From an uncultured Candidatus Saccharibacteria bacterium (lineage in GTDB: Bacteria; Patescibacteriota; Dojkabacteria; SC72), in the NCBI GenBank assembly GCA_964585985.1, contig CAZPFV010000001.1, positions 29,199 through 83,461 on the forward strand: a stretch of 54,263 bases of DNA. The letters run 5' to 3'. Made by a program: the position numbers and the translations under genes. Under the pieces are notes generated by a model. It worked only from the letters and a program-made list of their open reading frames with translations, was not told the DNA's origin and did no database searches. Within the stretch, counting starts at the first letter, position 1; each line of letters opens with the position of its first letter. Shown piece by piece: positions 18,033 to 27,480 of this stretch.

Positions 18033-19193
18033 CTAATTAATGCTACCTTTCGCATCAATTTTTTGCAAGTCAATGAAAAACTCATAGAGTATTCTTGTAA
18101 TGACGATAGCTGGTACGGAAAGCACAGCACCCCATACTCCAAAAAGTATCATAAAGGTCATTGCAAAGAAAAGAACCACTATTGGTTTAACACCAGCAGC
18201 GCTTCCCATAATTTTTGGAATCAGGTAGTTATTCTCAATCTGCTGATATATTAAAAATATTAATGTAAGGATAAAGGCAGAGAGGGGACCCTTCGTTATT
18301 AATGCTAGTAGAATAGGGGGGATGGAAGCAACAGTTGCTCCAAGGGTAGGTATTGCAGAAAGTAGAGCAATGAATACACCCATTGGAAGAGCAAATGGGA
18401 CTCTAAATAGTGCAACTATAGTACCTAAAGATATTCCTGCAATCGTACTGATAGAGGCTTGCCCTAAAAGCCATCTTCCTAATTTGCTTTCTAAATCTAA
18501 TACAAGTTTTTTTACTCTTACTCTTTTTTCATCTGAGGTAATTCTTAACAATCCAAAATCTAAAATCTTATTATGCTCTAATACTAAATATACGGAAAAC
18601 ACTATTGAGGCTAAAGTAAGAGATACCCATCCAACGACACCTCCAAGAGTAGATGCAATTGATTTAAAATTATCAGCAGATGCTAATTCACTGAACCACT
18701 TAGCAAATGCATCATTTACTGTCTCTGAATTAATCAATATATCTCCAATTTTAATCTCGGAGATGTTAGCTGTTATATTTTCAATCCAGACAGGGATGCT
18801 AGCTGCCAAATTATCGATCTGATTTATAAATGGAATAACAATTAGTGCAATAATAGCTAAAAGTAGTATTACACCAACAGAGTAAGCAATTACAATTGCT
18901 GTGTTTTTTGATATACCCTTTTTCCCAAGCCATCTAATTACTGGCAATATGGCGGACATAATTACGACACTTAGGAAAAGAAATACTGATACACTTAATA
19001 TCTGCTTCGCCCAAAAGATTAAAGCAACTATACCTAAAACAAAAAGTATGAACTTCCAAGAGAATTCTATTGTAAAAACGGGTTTTGCATCTTTATTAGC
19101 TCTTCTGCTTTTATGAAGTTGTGCTAATTCTTCAAAATGATTCTTGTCTTCCTCTTCGTTTTTCTTAGTACTAATATTTAATATTTTTGACAT
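18033..19193 (-). CDS. AI-2E (PerM/UPF0118) family transporter
   Basis: A polytopic membrane protein of about 8 TM helices with the family-typical ..LIYQQIENNYLIPKIMG.. segment. Confidence 0.75.
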   Translation of the reverse strand: MSKILNISTKKNEEEDKNHFEELAQLHKSRRANKDAKPVFTIEFSWKFILFVLGIVALIFWAKQILSVSVFLFLSVVIMSAILPVIRWLGKKGISKNTAIVIAYSVGVILLLAIIALIVIPFINQIDNLAASIPVWIENITANISEIKIGDILINSETVNDAFAKWFSELASADNFKSIASTLGGVVGWVSLTLASIVFSVYLVLEHNKILDFGLLRITSDEKRVRVKKLVLDLESKLGRWLLGQASISTIAGISLGTIVALFRVPFALPMGVFIALLSAIPTLGATVASIPPILLALITKGPLSAFILTLIFLIYQQIENNYLIPKIMGSAAGVKPIVVLFFAMTFMILFGVWGAVLSVPAIVITRILYEFFIDLQKIDAKGSIN

Positions 19194-19244
19194 CTTTTTG
19201 TATTATGGTATTGATATTATATCCAACTATATACTTAGTATACA

Positions 19245-20321
19245 TCACTTTTCCTTACTTGTTAAAGGTATTAATTTCGCTGCAAGAAATGATGTTATTG
19301 GTACTACTAGAAGAATTCCTATACTTGAAGTTATTGTCCTAACTATCTCTTCTGCTATGAAGTCAATTTTTATAATATTTCCAACACCACCACTACTAAA
19401 TGTGAGTAGCATCACGGTAGCAAGACTGGAACCAGCGTATGCAATAAAGAGAGTATTTACCATTGAAGAGATATGGTCTTTACCAATATTCATTGCCTGC
19501 TTGTATAGCTGCATAGTTGTAAGAGTACTATTGGCATTATACAGCTCCTGAATCGCAGATATCTGACTCATAACAACATCATCTAAAACACCCATTGCAC
19601 CGATCAGTATACTTATGAAGAAAACATCTGAGAGATTTATACTTCCACCTGTTTGACTTAGCAACAAAAATGCTTCTTCGCCCCCCAAACCATCTACCTT
19701 TATTGAGTTACTAAAAATTTTAGCCAAAATACCTACAATAATGATACCGACCAATGTAGAAAAGATGGCGATTGTACTTTTTTTATTAATCCCATGAGAT
19801 GCATACATTATTACTATTAATGAAACAACTATAGTGGCAATACCAATTCCTATAACATCACCACCAGCTAAGATTCTAGGAATTGCCCAAACATACAGAA
19901 TGAAGACCGTAAATGCCAAACTAATTAGAGAACCAAAACCCTGTCTCCTACCAATTACAATGGCTAAAACAGAAAAGACAACCACTAATAGTAAAATAGA
20001 GGCGTTCCTATCATAACCAGAGATATTCCACTGCTCATCTCCGAATTCATTACTCGAAAATGATATGTATATTTTATCTCCAACAGCAAACTTTGAATCA
20101 GCTGTTTCAGAGAGAACGGGGATTGTGGTCTTCTCTTCTCCCAATTCTGGGATATCCACTACATACTCAAAGCAGGTATAACCCTCCTGAAATACATCAG
20201 AGCAGGGAACCTCTTGGAAATCTGCAATCGTTCCTTTGTATGAAACCTCCTCTTGGGCATATATAACTGCTGGCATAGAAAGGTAAACAAAGGCTGTAAT
20301 AAGTGTTAATATTTTTTTCAT
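19245..20321 (-). CDS. YibE/F-like polytopic membrane protein
   Basis: Signal peptide, ~110-aa extracytoplasmic domain, then multiple TM helices with ..IGAMGVLDDVVMSQISAIQEL.. The family call rests on my recollection of the YibE/F pattern. Confidence 0.5.
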   Translation of the reverse strand: MKKILTLITAFVYLSMPAVIYAQEEVSYKGTIADFQEVPCSDVFQEGYTCFEYVVDIPELGEEKTTIPVLSETADSKFAVGDKIYISFSSNEFGDEQWNISGYDRNASILLLVVVFSVLAIVIGRRQGFGSLISLAFTVFILYVWAIPRILAGGDVIGIGIATIVVSLIVIMYASHGINKKSTIAIFSTLVGIIIVGILAKIFSNSIKVDGLGGEEAFLLLSQTGGSINLSDVFFISILIGAMGVLDDVVMSQISAIQELYNANSTLTTMQLYKQAMNIGKDHISSMVNTLFIAYAGSSLATVMLLTFSSGGVGNIIKIDFIAEEIVRTITSSIGILLVVPITSFLAAKLIPLTSKEK

Positions 20322-20335
20322 TTAAATCATTATAC

Positions 20336-20362
20336 AAAAAAAAGAGAGACCTTAGTCTCTCT
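20336..20362 (-). terminator. rho-independent terminator after the Ig-like surface protein gene
   Basis: On the minus strand AGAGAGAC-TAAG-GTCTCTCT is a perfect 8-bp stem followed by 8 T. It lies 22 nt after the stop at 20385. Confidence 0.75.
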
Positions 20363-20384
20363 TAATTCTATCACATATATTCTC

Positions 20385-21302
20385 TTACTTCCTATTCCTC
20401 TTATATACCATAGCCGAACTACCAATAAATGCGAGTAATGCTAATAGTCCAAACATCATCATTAAGTTGTTCCCAATTAATTCATCAAATGCCCCCGATG
20501 CTTGTGGAATATTTTCATCAACTACCGCATCTCCATTTACATCACCTGTCGGTGAGTAGGTTACCCTTACTTTCTCATCAAGCTGAATCTGATTACCTGC
20601 AACATCTTTAATATATATAGAGAAAACATTCTTTCCTTCATCTAATGAGATCTCCTCTATTCTAAATTCTCCCTCCTTGTTTGATAACCCATCAAAGCTC
20701 TCTGTTCCTCTCTTTACCTCAATAGTTGCATTTGGCTCTGTTGTTCCTACTAGTATAAAAGTATCTTTGTTTGTTTCTGACCCATACTTCATAGTTACTG
20801 TATTTTGATCTGGTGCAGTCCTATCTACAACAGATATTAATGGCTCAGATTGGGGAGATATATTTCTATTTGGAAATCCCTTAACACCTGCAATTGTAAT
20901 AGCATACTCTCCCTCTTCTTCAACAGGGTAGTCAAAAGTAAATTTGGAATCGTCTTTAACTTTTGTTTCTCCAATTTTTTCTTCTCCCTTGTATATAAAT
21001 ACACTCTCATATCCTTTGGCCATACCATTAATTTTTATGTTGTCTCCACTAGTTATCGTAGTACTTCCCTCAAATGTGGGGGCCTCAAATTCTGGATTTA
21101 ACAAAGGCTCCTCCCTAAATTTTATATATGAAAAGATACCGAAAGAAACTAAAAGAATACCTAATCCGATAAAGACAGACCCAACGATTCTAGAGACTCT
21201 TTCCTGATTTGGAGAGATGGGTTGCCTTATCTCAACCTTGTTCTTCATACTTTCATTTTCTGATATAGAGACAGTTTTTTTATTCTCTTTTTTCTTTGCC
21301 AC
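20385..21302 (-). CDS. surface protein with N-terminal signal anchor, Ig-like domains and a C-terminal hydrophobic helix plus KRNRK tail (possible sorting signal)
   Basis: GTG start. TM helix IVGSVFIGLGILLVSFGIF. Ig-like blocks (DRTAPD..VGTTEPNATIEV..NVFSIYIKDVAGN). C-terminus reads ..NIPQASGAFDELIGNNLMMMFGLLALLAFIGSSAMVYKRNRK. Confidence 0.7.
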   Translation of the reverse strand: MAKKKENKKTVSISENESMKNKVEIRQPISPNQERVSRIVGSVFIGLGILLVSFGIFSYIKFREEPLLNPEFEAPTFEGSTTITSGDNIKINGMAKGYESVFIYKGEEKIGETKVKDDSKFTFDYPVEEEGEYAITIAGVKGFPNRNISPQSEPLISVVDRTAPDQNTVTMKYGSETNKDTFILVGTTEPNATIEVKRGTESFDGLSNKEGEFRIEEISLDEGKNVFSIYIKDVAGNQIQLDEKVRVTYSPTGDVNGDAVVDENIPQASGAFDELIGNNLMMMFGLLALLAFIGSSAMVYKRNRK

Positions 21303-21383
21303 TCTAAACCTATATTATAATTTATATACTTATACCCAATAGCATAAAACAAATTTTATAATAGTGCAAGATGTATATTAAAT

Positions 21384-21392
21384 TGGTAAAAT
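21384..21392 (+). promoter_or_regulatory. extended -10 element (TGgTAAAAT) 6 nt upstream of the sortase ATG
   Basis: TGGTAAAAT at 21384-21392, then GCTCAT, then ATG at 21399. Confidence 0.4.
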
Positions 21393-21398
21393 GCTCAT

Positions 21399-22091
21399 AT
21401 GAAAAAACTTTTAAAAATTCTACTAACAACAATACTACTACTACTTGTAGTAGCTCCTGTCGCTTACTTAATAATATATCCTAATTACAATAAATTGGTT
21501 GCCCCAATTAAAAGATTTGATCTAGAAAGGAGTTCTCAAGAGATAACATTTCAGATATTTACACGATTAGCACCTACTAAAGATATGATTTTAGGCACCT
21601 CTATTCAAGATTCTAAATTCCAAAGTATTGAAGAGAGTGTTGATAATACTACCGTCCTTGATCAAAAGATACTTGAAGAGTTAAATACGAAAATTTTAAT
21701 AAACTCCATCGAGGTAGAGGGCGTAGTATATGAAGGATTAGATTCTCACACTATGAACAAAGGTTTCTGGCACTTCCCAGTATCTAGCCTACCTGGACAG
21801 AAGGGGAACAGTGTAATAATTGGGCATCGGTATGCAAAATTACCACCAAACAAAGATACTTTTTTTAATTTAGACAAGGTAAAAGTAGGGGATAGTGTAG
21901 AGGTTGTTCAAAGTAATAATCAATTCACATATATCGTTACCGATGTAAAAGTTGTTGATAAAAATGATATCTCAGTATTACAAGACTACTCTGATTATAG
22001 AATAACGTTAATAACCTGCTCTCCACTATGGACTTCTGAGCAAAGGTTAGTAATCATTGGTAAACTGGACAAATTGTACAAAAACACATAA
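21399..22091 (+). CDS. sortase family transpeptidase
   Basis: N-terminal TM anchor, catalytic His in SVIIGHRYA, Cys in RITLITCSP, and Arg in EQRLVIIGK. Confidence 0.85.
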   Translation: MKKLLKILLTTILLLLVVAPVAYLIIYPNYNKLVAPIKRFDLERSSQEITFQIFTRLAPTKDMILGTSIQDSKFQSIEESVDNTTVLDQKILEELNTKILINSIEVEGVVYEGLDSHTMNKGFWHFPVSSLPGQKGNSVIIGHRYAKLPPNKDTFFNLDKVKVGDSVEVVQSNNQFTYIVTDVKVVDKNDISVLQDYSDYRITLITCSPLWTSEQRLVIIGKLDKLYKNT

Positions 22092-22124
22092 AATACAATA
22101 CTTTTTATTTTAAATATATATGTA

Positions 22125-23168
22125 ATGGATATCAAATACACAAGAACAGATCTTAATGATTATACTCATGAATTAGAAATCACAATACCTGCTAAAAATT
22201 TTAAACATTCATACGATCTAATGCTAAAAGATTACTCTAAAGATTTGGATATTAAAGGCTTTAGAAAGGGAAAAGTACCTACAGATTTAGTTACACCAGA
22301 GATAAAGGAAATCGTTAAATATGAAACTTTTGAAAAGCTAGTCCCTATGTTTGTAAACACCGCCCTCGCAAAAGAGAAACTAAACCCTATTGCACCTCCA
22401 GAGCTTAAAGAAATTCCCAAATTCTTAGAAGAGCTTGATATTTCATTTACTGTAATAGTTACAAGTATGCCCTCTTTCAAATTAGGTGATATGAAAAAGG
22501 TTAAGGTCCAAAAAGAGAAAGTTACCATTGATCAGAAGGATATAGAGAGTGCGATAGAAGAGCTGAAGAATTCACAAAAAACAGAGGAAAAAGAAGTTAA
22601 TGACAAATGGGCGAAAGAGATTGGGAAGGCAATAGGGGAAGATGGAATTGAAACATTAGAGCAGTTAAAAAAGAAGATTAAAGATGCCTTAACTATACAA
22701 AAGGAGCATTATCAAATGCATCAGCTACAGGACGAGGCTTTACAAATGGCCATTAAGGAGTCAAAAATTGAAATACCACAAGCTGCAGTAGAGTATGAAG
22801 CAAGAGAAAGGGAGAATTCTTTTAATGAAGATATTAAATCCAAAAATATTAAAATTGAGGATTTCCTTAAAGCGAACAGTATAACAATAGAGAAAATGAG
22901 AGAATTATGGCAATTAGATTCAAAAGAGGCCATAGAATCAGATGTATTCCTAACAGTATACTCAGCAGCTAGAGATATTAAGGCAGAACCTAAAGAGGTG
23001 GAAGAGAAAATAGATGGTATAAAGGCACAGCAGCCTGATGCAGACCCAAGCATATTTTCTAATGTGGAATGGAGAGCATATATTGAGAGAGTCGTAACAA
23101 AGGAGAAGGCTTTTAGACAATTCATTGAAGAGGTATTGGGTAAAGAATTTTTAGATGAGCATAACTAA
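22125..23168 (+). CDS. tig: trigger factor, short form without the PPIase (FKBP) domain
   Basis: Ribosome-binding signature GFRKGKVP lies in the N-domain. The sequence passes from ..IESAIEELKNSQKTEEKEV directly into the C-domain (NDKWAKEIG..LEQLKKKIKDAL). Only 347 aa. Confidence 0.85.
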   Translation: MDIKYTRTDLNDYTHELEITIPAKNFKHSYDLMLKDYSKDLDIKGFRKGKVPTDLVTPEIKEIVKYETFEKLVPMFVNTALAKEKLNPIAPPELKEIPKFLEELDISFTVIVTSMPSFKLGDMKKVKVQKEKVTIDQKDIESAIEELKNSQKTEEKEVNDKWAKEIGKAIGEDGIETLEQLKKKIKDALTIQKEHYQMHQLQDEALQMAIKESKIEIPQAAVEYEARERENSFNEDIKSKNIKIEDFLKANSITIEKMRELWQLDSKEAIESDVFLTVYSAARDIKAEPKEVEEKIDGIKAQQPDADPSIFSNVEWRAYIERVVTKEKAFRQFIEEVLGKEFLDEHN

Positions 23169-23186
23169 AATATTAAGACAGTAATT

Positions 23187-23771
23187 ATGTCCTTTTTAAT
23201 ACCAACCGTTATTGAAAAAGAGAGAGAAGGGGACAGGGCATACGATATATACTCTAGACTCTTAAAAGATAGGATTATATTTCTAGGAGACCATATTGAA
23301 ACAAATATGGCCAACACGATAGTAGCTCAATTACTTTTCCTAGAGAAGGAGAATCCTGATGAAGACATCCAAATGTTTATCAACTCCCCTGGAGGGTTAA
23401 TCAATGCTGGTATGGCAATTTTAGACACAATGAACTATATAAAGTGCGATGTTTCTACTATTGCGGTAGGCCTTGCGGCATCAATGGGTTCTTTACTTTT
23501 AGCGCACGGTGCAAAAAACAAAAGATTTGCACTTCCAAATAGCAAAATACATATCCATCAACCCTTAGGTGGGGTTCAGGGTCAAGCGAGTGATATTGCC
23601 ATAGAGGCAGAAGAGATTCTTAAAACTAGAGAGCAACTATACAGAATGCTAGCTAAACAAACAGGTCAAACAGTAAAACAGATTGAAAAAGATGCAGATA
23701 GGGATAAGTACTTCACTGCATCAGAAGCAAGAGAGTACGGTTTAATTGATAAAGTAATTACTAAAAGATAA
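23187..23771 (+). CDS. clpP: ATP-dependent Clp protease proteolytic subunit
   Basis: [19 protein letters not shown], catalytic Ser in [11 protein letters not shown], His in HIHQP, Asp in DRDKYF. Confidence 0.95.
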   Translation: MSFLIPTVIEKEREGDRAYDIYSRLLKDRIIFLGDHIETNMANTIVAQLLFLEKENPDEDIQMFINSPGGLINAGMAILDTMNYIKCDVSTIAVGLAASMGSLLLAHGAKNKRFALPNSKIHIHQPLGGVQGQASDIAIEAEEILKTREQLYRMLAKQTGQTVKQIEKDADRDKYFTASEAREYGLIDKVITKR

Positions 23772-23775
23772 TAAT

Positions 23776-24123
23776 ATGGAGCTTCTTCCTTATGAAAATA
23801 AAAATGATAGAGACAAGTTCTCTCAAGAGAGTTCAAACAATTTCCTTCAACAGATGATACTTAGACATGTAAATGTGATTGAAAAATCGAGAGAGAGTGG
23901 AAATACTGAAGACATAAAGCGATCAATAAATATATTAATCCACTTATTGCCCCAAAATGTTAACTCTCTTTCAATACCTATTTTTGATGGAGATGAAACA
24001 ACATATATTACAACCGAAAGAGGAATAGATATTCCTGAAGAGAAACAACTAGATTGGAATTTAGGTAACCTTATTGAATACGCAATAAATATAAAAGATG
24101 AGGGGATTGTATTAGAAGATTAG
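23776..24123 (+). CDS. hypothetical acidic 115-aa protein co-transcribed with clpP
   Basis: ORF starts 4 nt after the clpP stop. I recognise no motif. Confidence 0.5.
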   Translation: MELLPYENKNDRDKFSQESSNNFLQQMILRHVNVIEKSRESGNTEDIKRSINILIHLLPQNVNSLSIPIFDGDETTYITTERGIDIPEEKQLDWNLGNLIEYAINIKDEGIVLED

Positions 24124-24173
24124 GAATATATTGATAAAGATAGATATTCATTATAGAATGTTACACATATTAA

Positions 24174-24250
24174 GGGCGATTAGCTCAGCTGGCTAGAGCA
24201 TCACATTGACATTGTGGAGGTCACAGGTTCGAGTCCCGTATCGCCCACCA
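24174..24250 (+). tRNA. tRNA-Val (anticodon GAC) with genomically encoded CCA
   Basis: Hand-folded cloverleaf: acceptor GGGCGAT/ATCGCCC, D arm GCTC-AGCTGGCTA-GAGC, anticodon arm TCACA-TTGACAT-TGTGG, T arm ACAGG-TTCGAGT-CCCGT, discriminator A, then CCA. Confidence 0.9.
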
Positions 24251-24322
24251 AGCAAAGCACCGGCAGGTGAAAAGAAAAATACGACATTGTTCTTACATCA
24301 CATCTATATCATTTCCCTAAGG

Positions 24323-24341
24323 AGGAGTATCAGCTACTCCT
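24323..24341. terminator. hairpin between the convergent tRNA-Val and GNAT genes (possible bidirectional terminator)
   Basis: AGGAGTA-TCAGC-TACTCCT is a perfect 7-bp stem. Flanking U-tracts are weak on both strands. Confidence 0.3.
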
Positions 24342-24351
24342 ATCACAACTT

Positions 24352-24810
24352 TTATACTCCCTCCAAAGATTTTTTCATTGCCTTATCTACTACAACCCCT
24401 TTCTCATTTATCACATCTTCTATAAATTCATAACCCATATGAATATAGAAATCATAAGAAACTAAGCTAGACCATAACCAAATCTCTTTGTATCCAGCCT
24501 CTTTTGCACACCTCTCTGCGACCTCTACTAGTTCTCTTCCATAACCTTTACCACCAAAAGATGGTAATACATACAAAGATCTCATCTTACCCTCTTTAAC
24601 TAGCACACAACCAACAATCCTTTCATCTATTTCTAAAACAAAATAGTCATACGACTCAATATAATGAATAACTTTCTCTAAACGATAAATATTTAATATA
24701 TTCCCAATACTCTCTGAGGCGTATAGCTGTTGATGAGTACCCTGCACTGTTTCCTTTATAACATTTACAATAGCTTTTGCATCCTTTACTGTTGCTTTTC
24801 TAATACTCAT
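24352..24810 (-). CDS. GNAT family N-acetyltransferase
   Basis: Acetyl-CoA motif A LYVLPSFGGKGYGRELVEVAE and the typical ~150-aa size. Confidence 0.85.
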   Translation of the reverse strand: MSIRKATVKDAKAIVNVIKETVQGTHQQLYASESIGNILNIYRLEKVIHYIESYDYFVLEIDERIVGCVLVKEGKMRSLYVLPSFGGKGYGRELVEVAERCAKEAGYKEIWLWSSLVSYDFYIHMGYEFIEDVINEKGVVVDKAMKKSLEGV

Positions 24811-24878
24811 ATTAAAAGTATATTACAAAAAATAATAATATTCTAAACCCTCATTCTTAGCATACTGTATAATAGGGT

Positions 24879-26027
24879 ATGGAGCTTAAAGAAATAAATG
24901 AAAAGTTTGAACAGAGGGATATAGAGTATTTACAAAACGAGCTAGAGAAAATTCACTATGATTTATACAGAAATGTAAGTAAGGAAACACTTACAAATTC
25001 ACTTCAAAAAGCAGCTGAAGTTGACTCAAAACTCTTCATTGTAGCCGTAGAAGAGTCTTTAGCATTAATTGGGGATGCTCATACACATACCAATGGAATA
25101 CTAAATGATAACTATTTACCCCTAGAATTAAGAGAGATAGATGGAGGGTACTACATAGTTGGCTCTTCAAATAGGCATGAGAGCCTTTTAGGAAAAAAAG
25201 TAATTGCAATTAACGGATTTAGTATTGCTGAAATTGAAGAGAAGGTATCAAATCTATCATCAAAAGAGAATATTGAAGTACTTAAAAAAAATAATGCTGT
25301 AAATATCACCTCTAATCTAGTATTAAAATATTACGGTTTTAGTAATGACAATAAGCTTGAGATCTCTACAGAGCATGAGAGTAGTGTAGTAGAAATTAAT
25401 ACAAAAGATAGGGTTAAATTAATTCGGCCATTAAAATGGACCCCCAAAGTAGAGAATGATCCAACTTTTTACGGCAATGAGATCTACCGTTTGAGAATGA
25501 TAGGCGATACTCTACTATTTCAATACAACCAATGTACCAATGAAAACCATTCTGATGAAGAGCTTTCAAAGTTTAAAACGGAACTGCTTCAAAGAGCAGA
25601 ATCAGCAAAACGAATTATTGTGGATTTAAGACAAAACGGTGGTGGTAATACAGAGATAATGAAAGATGCTTTTCAGAAATTCCCTAATGAGAAAGAGCTG
25701 TATGTCGCTATGGGCAGAGAGACATTTTCTTCTGCAGTTCATCACCTACTATATTTAAAAAGAAACAAGAGTGCGGTATTAATAGGGGAGAATGCAGGGC
25801 AGAAACCTAACAGATTTGGAGACCATAAAAAAATAACTCTTCCAAATTCAAAATTGAGAATTAATTGCTCATATAAATATTTTGAATTACTCCCTGGGCA
25901 AAATATTGATGTAATTGAACCAGATATTGCAATTCCAGTTACAATTGAAGATTATAAAAATAGCAGGGATCCTCTTAATCAATGGATTAAGAATAATTTT
26001 TCAATAACCGAAAATGATGAACAGTAA
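24879..26027 (+). CDS. S41 (tail-specific protease)-like peptidase domain protein without a signal peptide
   Basis: IIVDLRQNGGGN resembles the S41 oxyanion region, followed by GRETFSSAVHH. The N-terminus is not hydrophobic. Confidence 0.5.
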   Translation: MELKEINEKFEQRDIEYLQNELEKIHYDLYRNVSKETLTNSLQKAAEVDSKLFIVAVEESLALIGDAHTHTNGILNDNYLPLELREIDGGYYIVGSSNRHESLLGKKVIAINGFSIAEIEEKVSNLSSKENIEVLKKNNAVNITSNLVLKYYGFSNDNKLEISTEHESSVVEINTKDRVKLIRPLKWTPKVENDPTFYGNEIYRLRMIGDTLLFQYNQCTNENHSDEELSKFKTELLQRAESAKRIIVDLRQNGGGNTEIMKDAFQKFPNEKELYVAMGRETFSSAVHHLLYLKRNKSAVLIGENAGQKPNRFGDHKKITLPNSKLRINCSYKYFELLPGQNIDVIEPDIAIPVTIEDYKNSRDPLNQWIKNNFSITENDEQ

Positions 26028-26280
26028 ATATAAGAATTTAAAAGAAAGTAATGAATGGTCTAATAAGTATTTCTGTAAATTAGCACTACTTGATCACATA
26101 AGAGAGTGCTTAGAAAAAGATAACTATTTAAAAGCTACAGATACACCTAAAACAGATAAAGGGTATGAGAATTTGGATAAAGAGCTAATGGATTTAAAAA
26201 TAATCTTAGATCTCTACTTTGAAGATAGTGACCTATACGAGGAAAGATTAGAGAAGTTTCTTAATAATTTGGAGAGGTAA
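26014..26280 (+). CDS. hypothetical 88-aa protein
   Basis: ORF overlaps the preceding gene by 14 nt. Helical, acidic, no recognisable motif. Confidence 0.45.
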   Translation: MMNSKYKNLKESNEWSNKYFCKLALLDHIRECLEKDNYLKATDTPKTDKGYENLDKELMDLKIILDLYFEDSDLYEERLEKFLNNLER

Positions 26281-26355
26281 ACTGTAATCATCATTTCTTT
26301 TGCCCGAAAGTAAAATGTCTCTGAAATAGAACCCCTTTAAGTAATTATCTCTTTC

Positions 26356-26364
26356 TGTTAAAAT
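26356..26364 (+). promoter_or_regulatory. extended -10 element (TGtTAAAAT) 6 nt upstream of the ATG at 26371
   Basis: TGTTAAAAT at 26356-26364, then ATCGCT, then ATG. Confidence 0.4.
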
Positions 26365-26370
26365 ATCGCT

Positions 26371-26928
26371 ATGAAAATATACTATGTAACCTCAAATCCC
26401 CACAAGCTAATTAAAGCAAAAAATCAAATGAGTGCTTTCGATATCGAGATAGAGGGAGTCTCAAACATTAGCATTGATGAAATACAATCGAATAGCGTGG
26501 AAGAAATTAGTATAGATAAAGCTAAGAAGGCATTCGAAATACTTCATAAACCGCTAATAGTTAGTGATTCTGGCTGGAGTATTCCTGCGTTAAATGATTT
26601 TCCAGGACCGTATATGGCATATATTGATAAGTGGTTTAGTAGCGAGGATTTCCTTAACCTAATGAAAGATAAAAAAGATAGAACTATTTTCCTACAAGAG
26701 TATGTTACATATATTAATAATGAAACAGTGAAAGTCTTCAGTCATAAAATAAGTGGAGAATTTCTGACTATGATAGAGGGAGAGGGTCGAAGTTTAGATA
26801 AAGTAATTACTTTTAGAGAAGATAGATTGAGTGTAGCTAAATGTCAAAACGATAACATTACAGCTATTGACCAAAACGAAATGTGGAATGAATTAGGGGA
26901 GTATTTATGCTCTGAAAATAAGCATTAA
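26371..26928 (+). CDS. HAM1/RdgB-like non-canonical purine NTP pyrophosphatase (diverged)
   Basis: N-terminal IYYVTSNPHKL (TxNxxK), VSDSGWSIPALNDFPGPY (compare DDSGLxVdALxGxPG), ~185 aa. Confidence 0.6.
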   Translation: MKIYYVTSNPHKLIKAKNQMSAFDIEIEGVSNISIDEIQSNSVEEISIDKAKKAFEILHKPLIVSDSGWSIPALNDFPGPYMAYIDKWFSSEDFLNLMKDKKDRTIFLQEYVTYINNETVKVFSHKISGEFLTMIEGEGRSLDKVITFREDRLSVAKCQNDNITAIDQNEMWNELGEYLCSENKH

Positions 26929-26933
26929 ATATT

Positions 26934-27449
26934 ATGGATCTAACAAGAATATGGTATCCAAATAATTCAATACTTCCAGCACATACTGGACTTGAGATTA
27001 GGCAAGTATATGTATGGATTATTTCAAAAGATAAAATGATCGCTATAGTTTCAAAAACGGAAGGAACCCCTCATTTTCCAGGAGGGCATCCTGAGGAGGG
27101 AGAAACAATAATTCGGACAGGCATAAGGGAGGTATATGAAGAGATTGGTTTAGATATTTCAAAATATTCCTCTGATTTAGAATTTTTTGGATACTATCTC
27201 ATTAAGACAAATGAGCAAGAGTATCTACAAGTAAGATATCTATTACAGCTGCCATTAACCTCTGATGCTTACCCTATTTTTAGCAATGAGAATAGCGATG
27301 AACTACGACCCGTTTCTTGGGCACAGTGGGTAAAATTAGAGATGCTGTCCGAATATATTCCATGGTGTAAAGGATTAGAAGAGTATGAGAATGTATTGGA
27401 ATTAGTTTCAACAAAAGAAGATGACAGAGAGCATTCTAAAAAAGATTAA
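26934..27449 (+). CDS. Nudix hydrolase
   Basis: Complete Nudix box GGHPEEGETIIRTGIREVYEEIGL (Gx5Ex7REUxEExGU). Confidence 0.85.
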   Translation: MDLTRIWYPNNSILPAHTGLEIRQVYVWIISKDKMIAIVSKTEGTPHFPGGHPEEGETIIRTGIREVYEEIGLDISKYSSDLEFFGYYLIKTNEQEYLQVRYLLQLPLTSDAYPIFSNENSDELRPVSWAQWVKLEMLSEYIPWCKGLEEYENVLELVSTKEDDREHSKKD

Positions 27450-27480
27450 TGATGCTAAAAATGGCTTTGAATATAGAATG

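Noticed and set aside
3307-19551. Other antisense or alternative-frame ORFs in the track (for example 3509-3937, 8331-9935 set, 13308-14510, 15558-16775, 18063-19551 set)
   Set aside because: All are nested in strongly supported genes on the other strand or frame and show no motifs. The exception, 3820-4035, is accepted as rpmI.
24206-24433. 75-aa plus-strand ORF
   Set aside because: It starts inside tRNA-Val and runs through the tRNA 3' flank and into the antisense strand of the GNAT gene. It is low-complexity and has no support.
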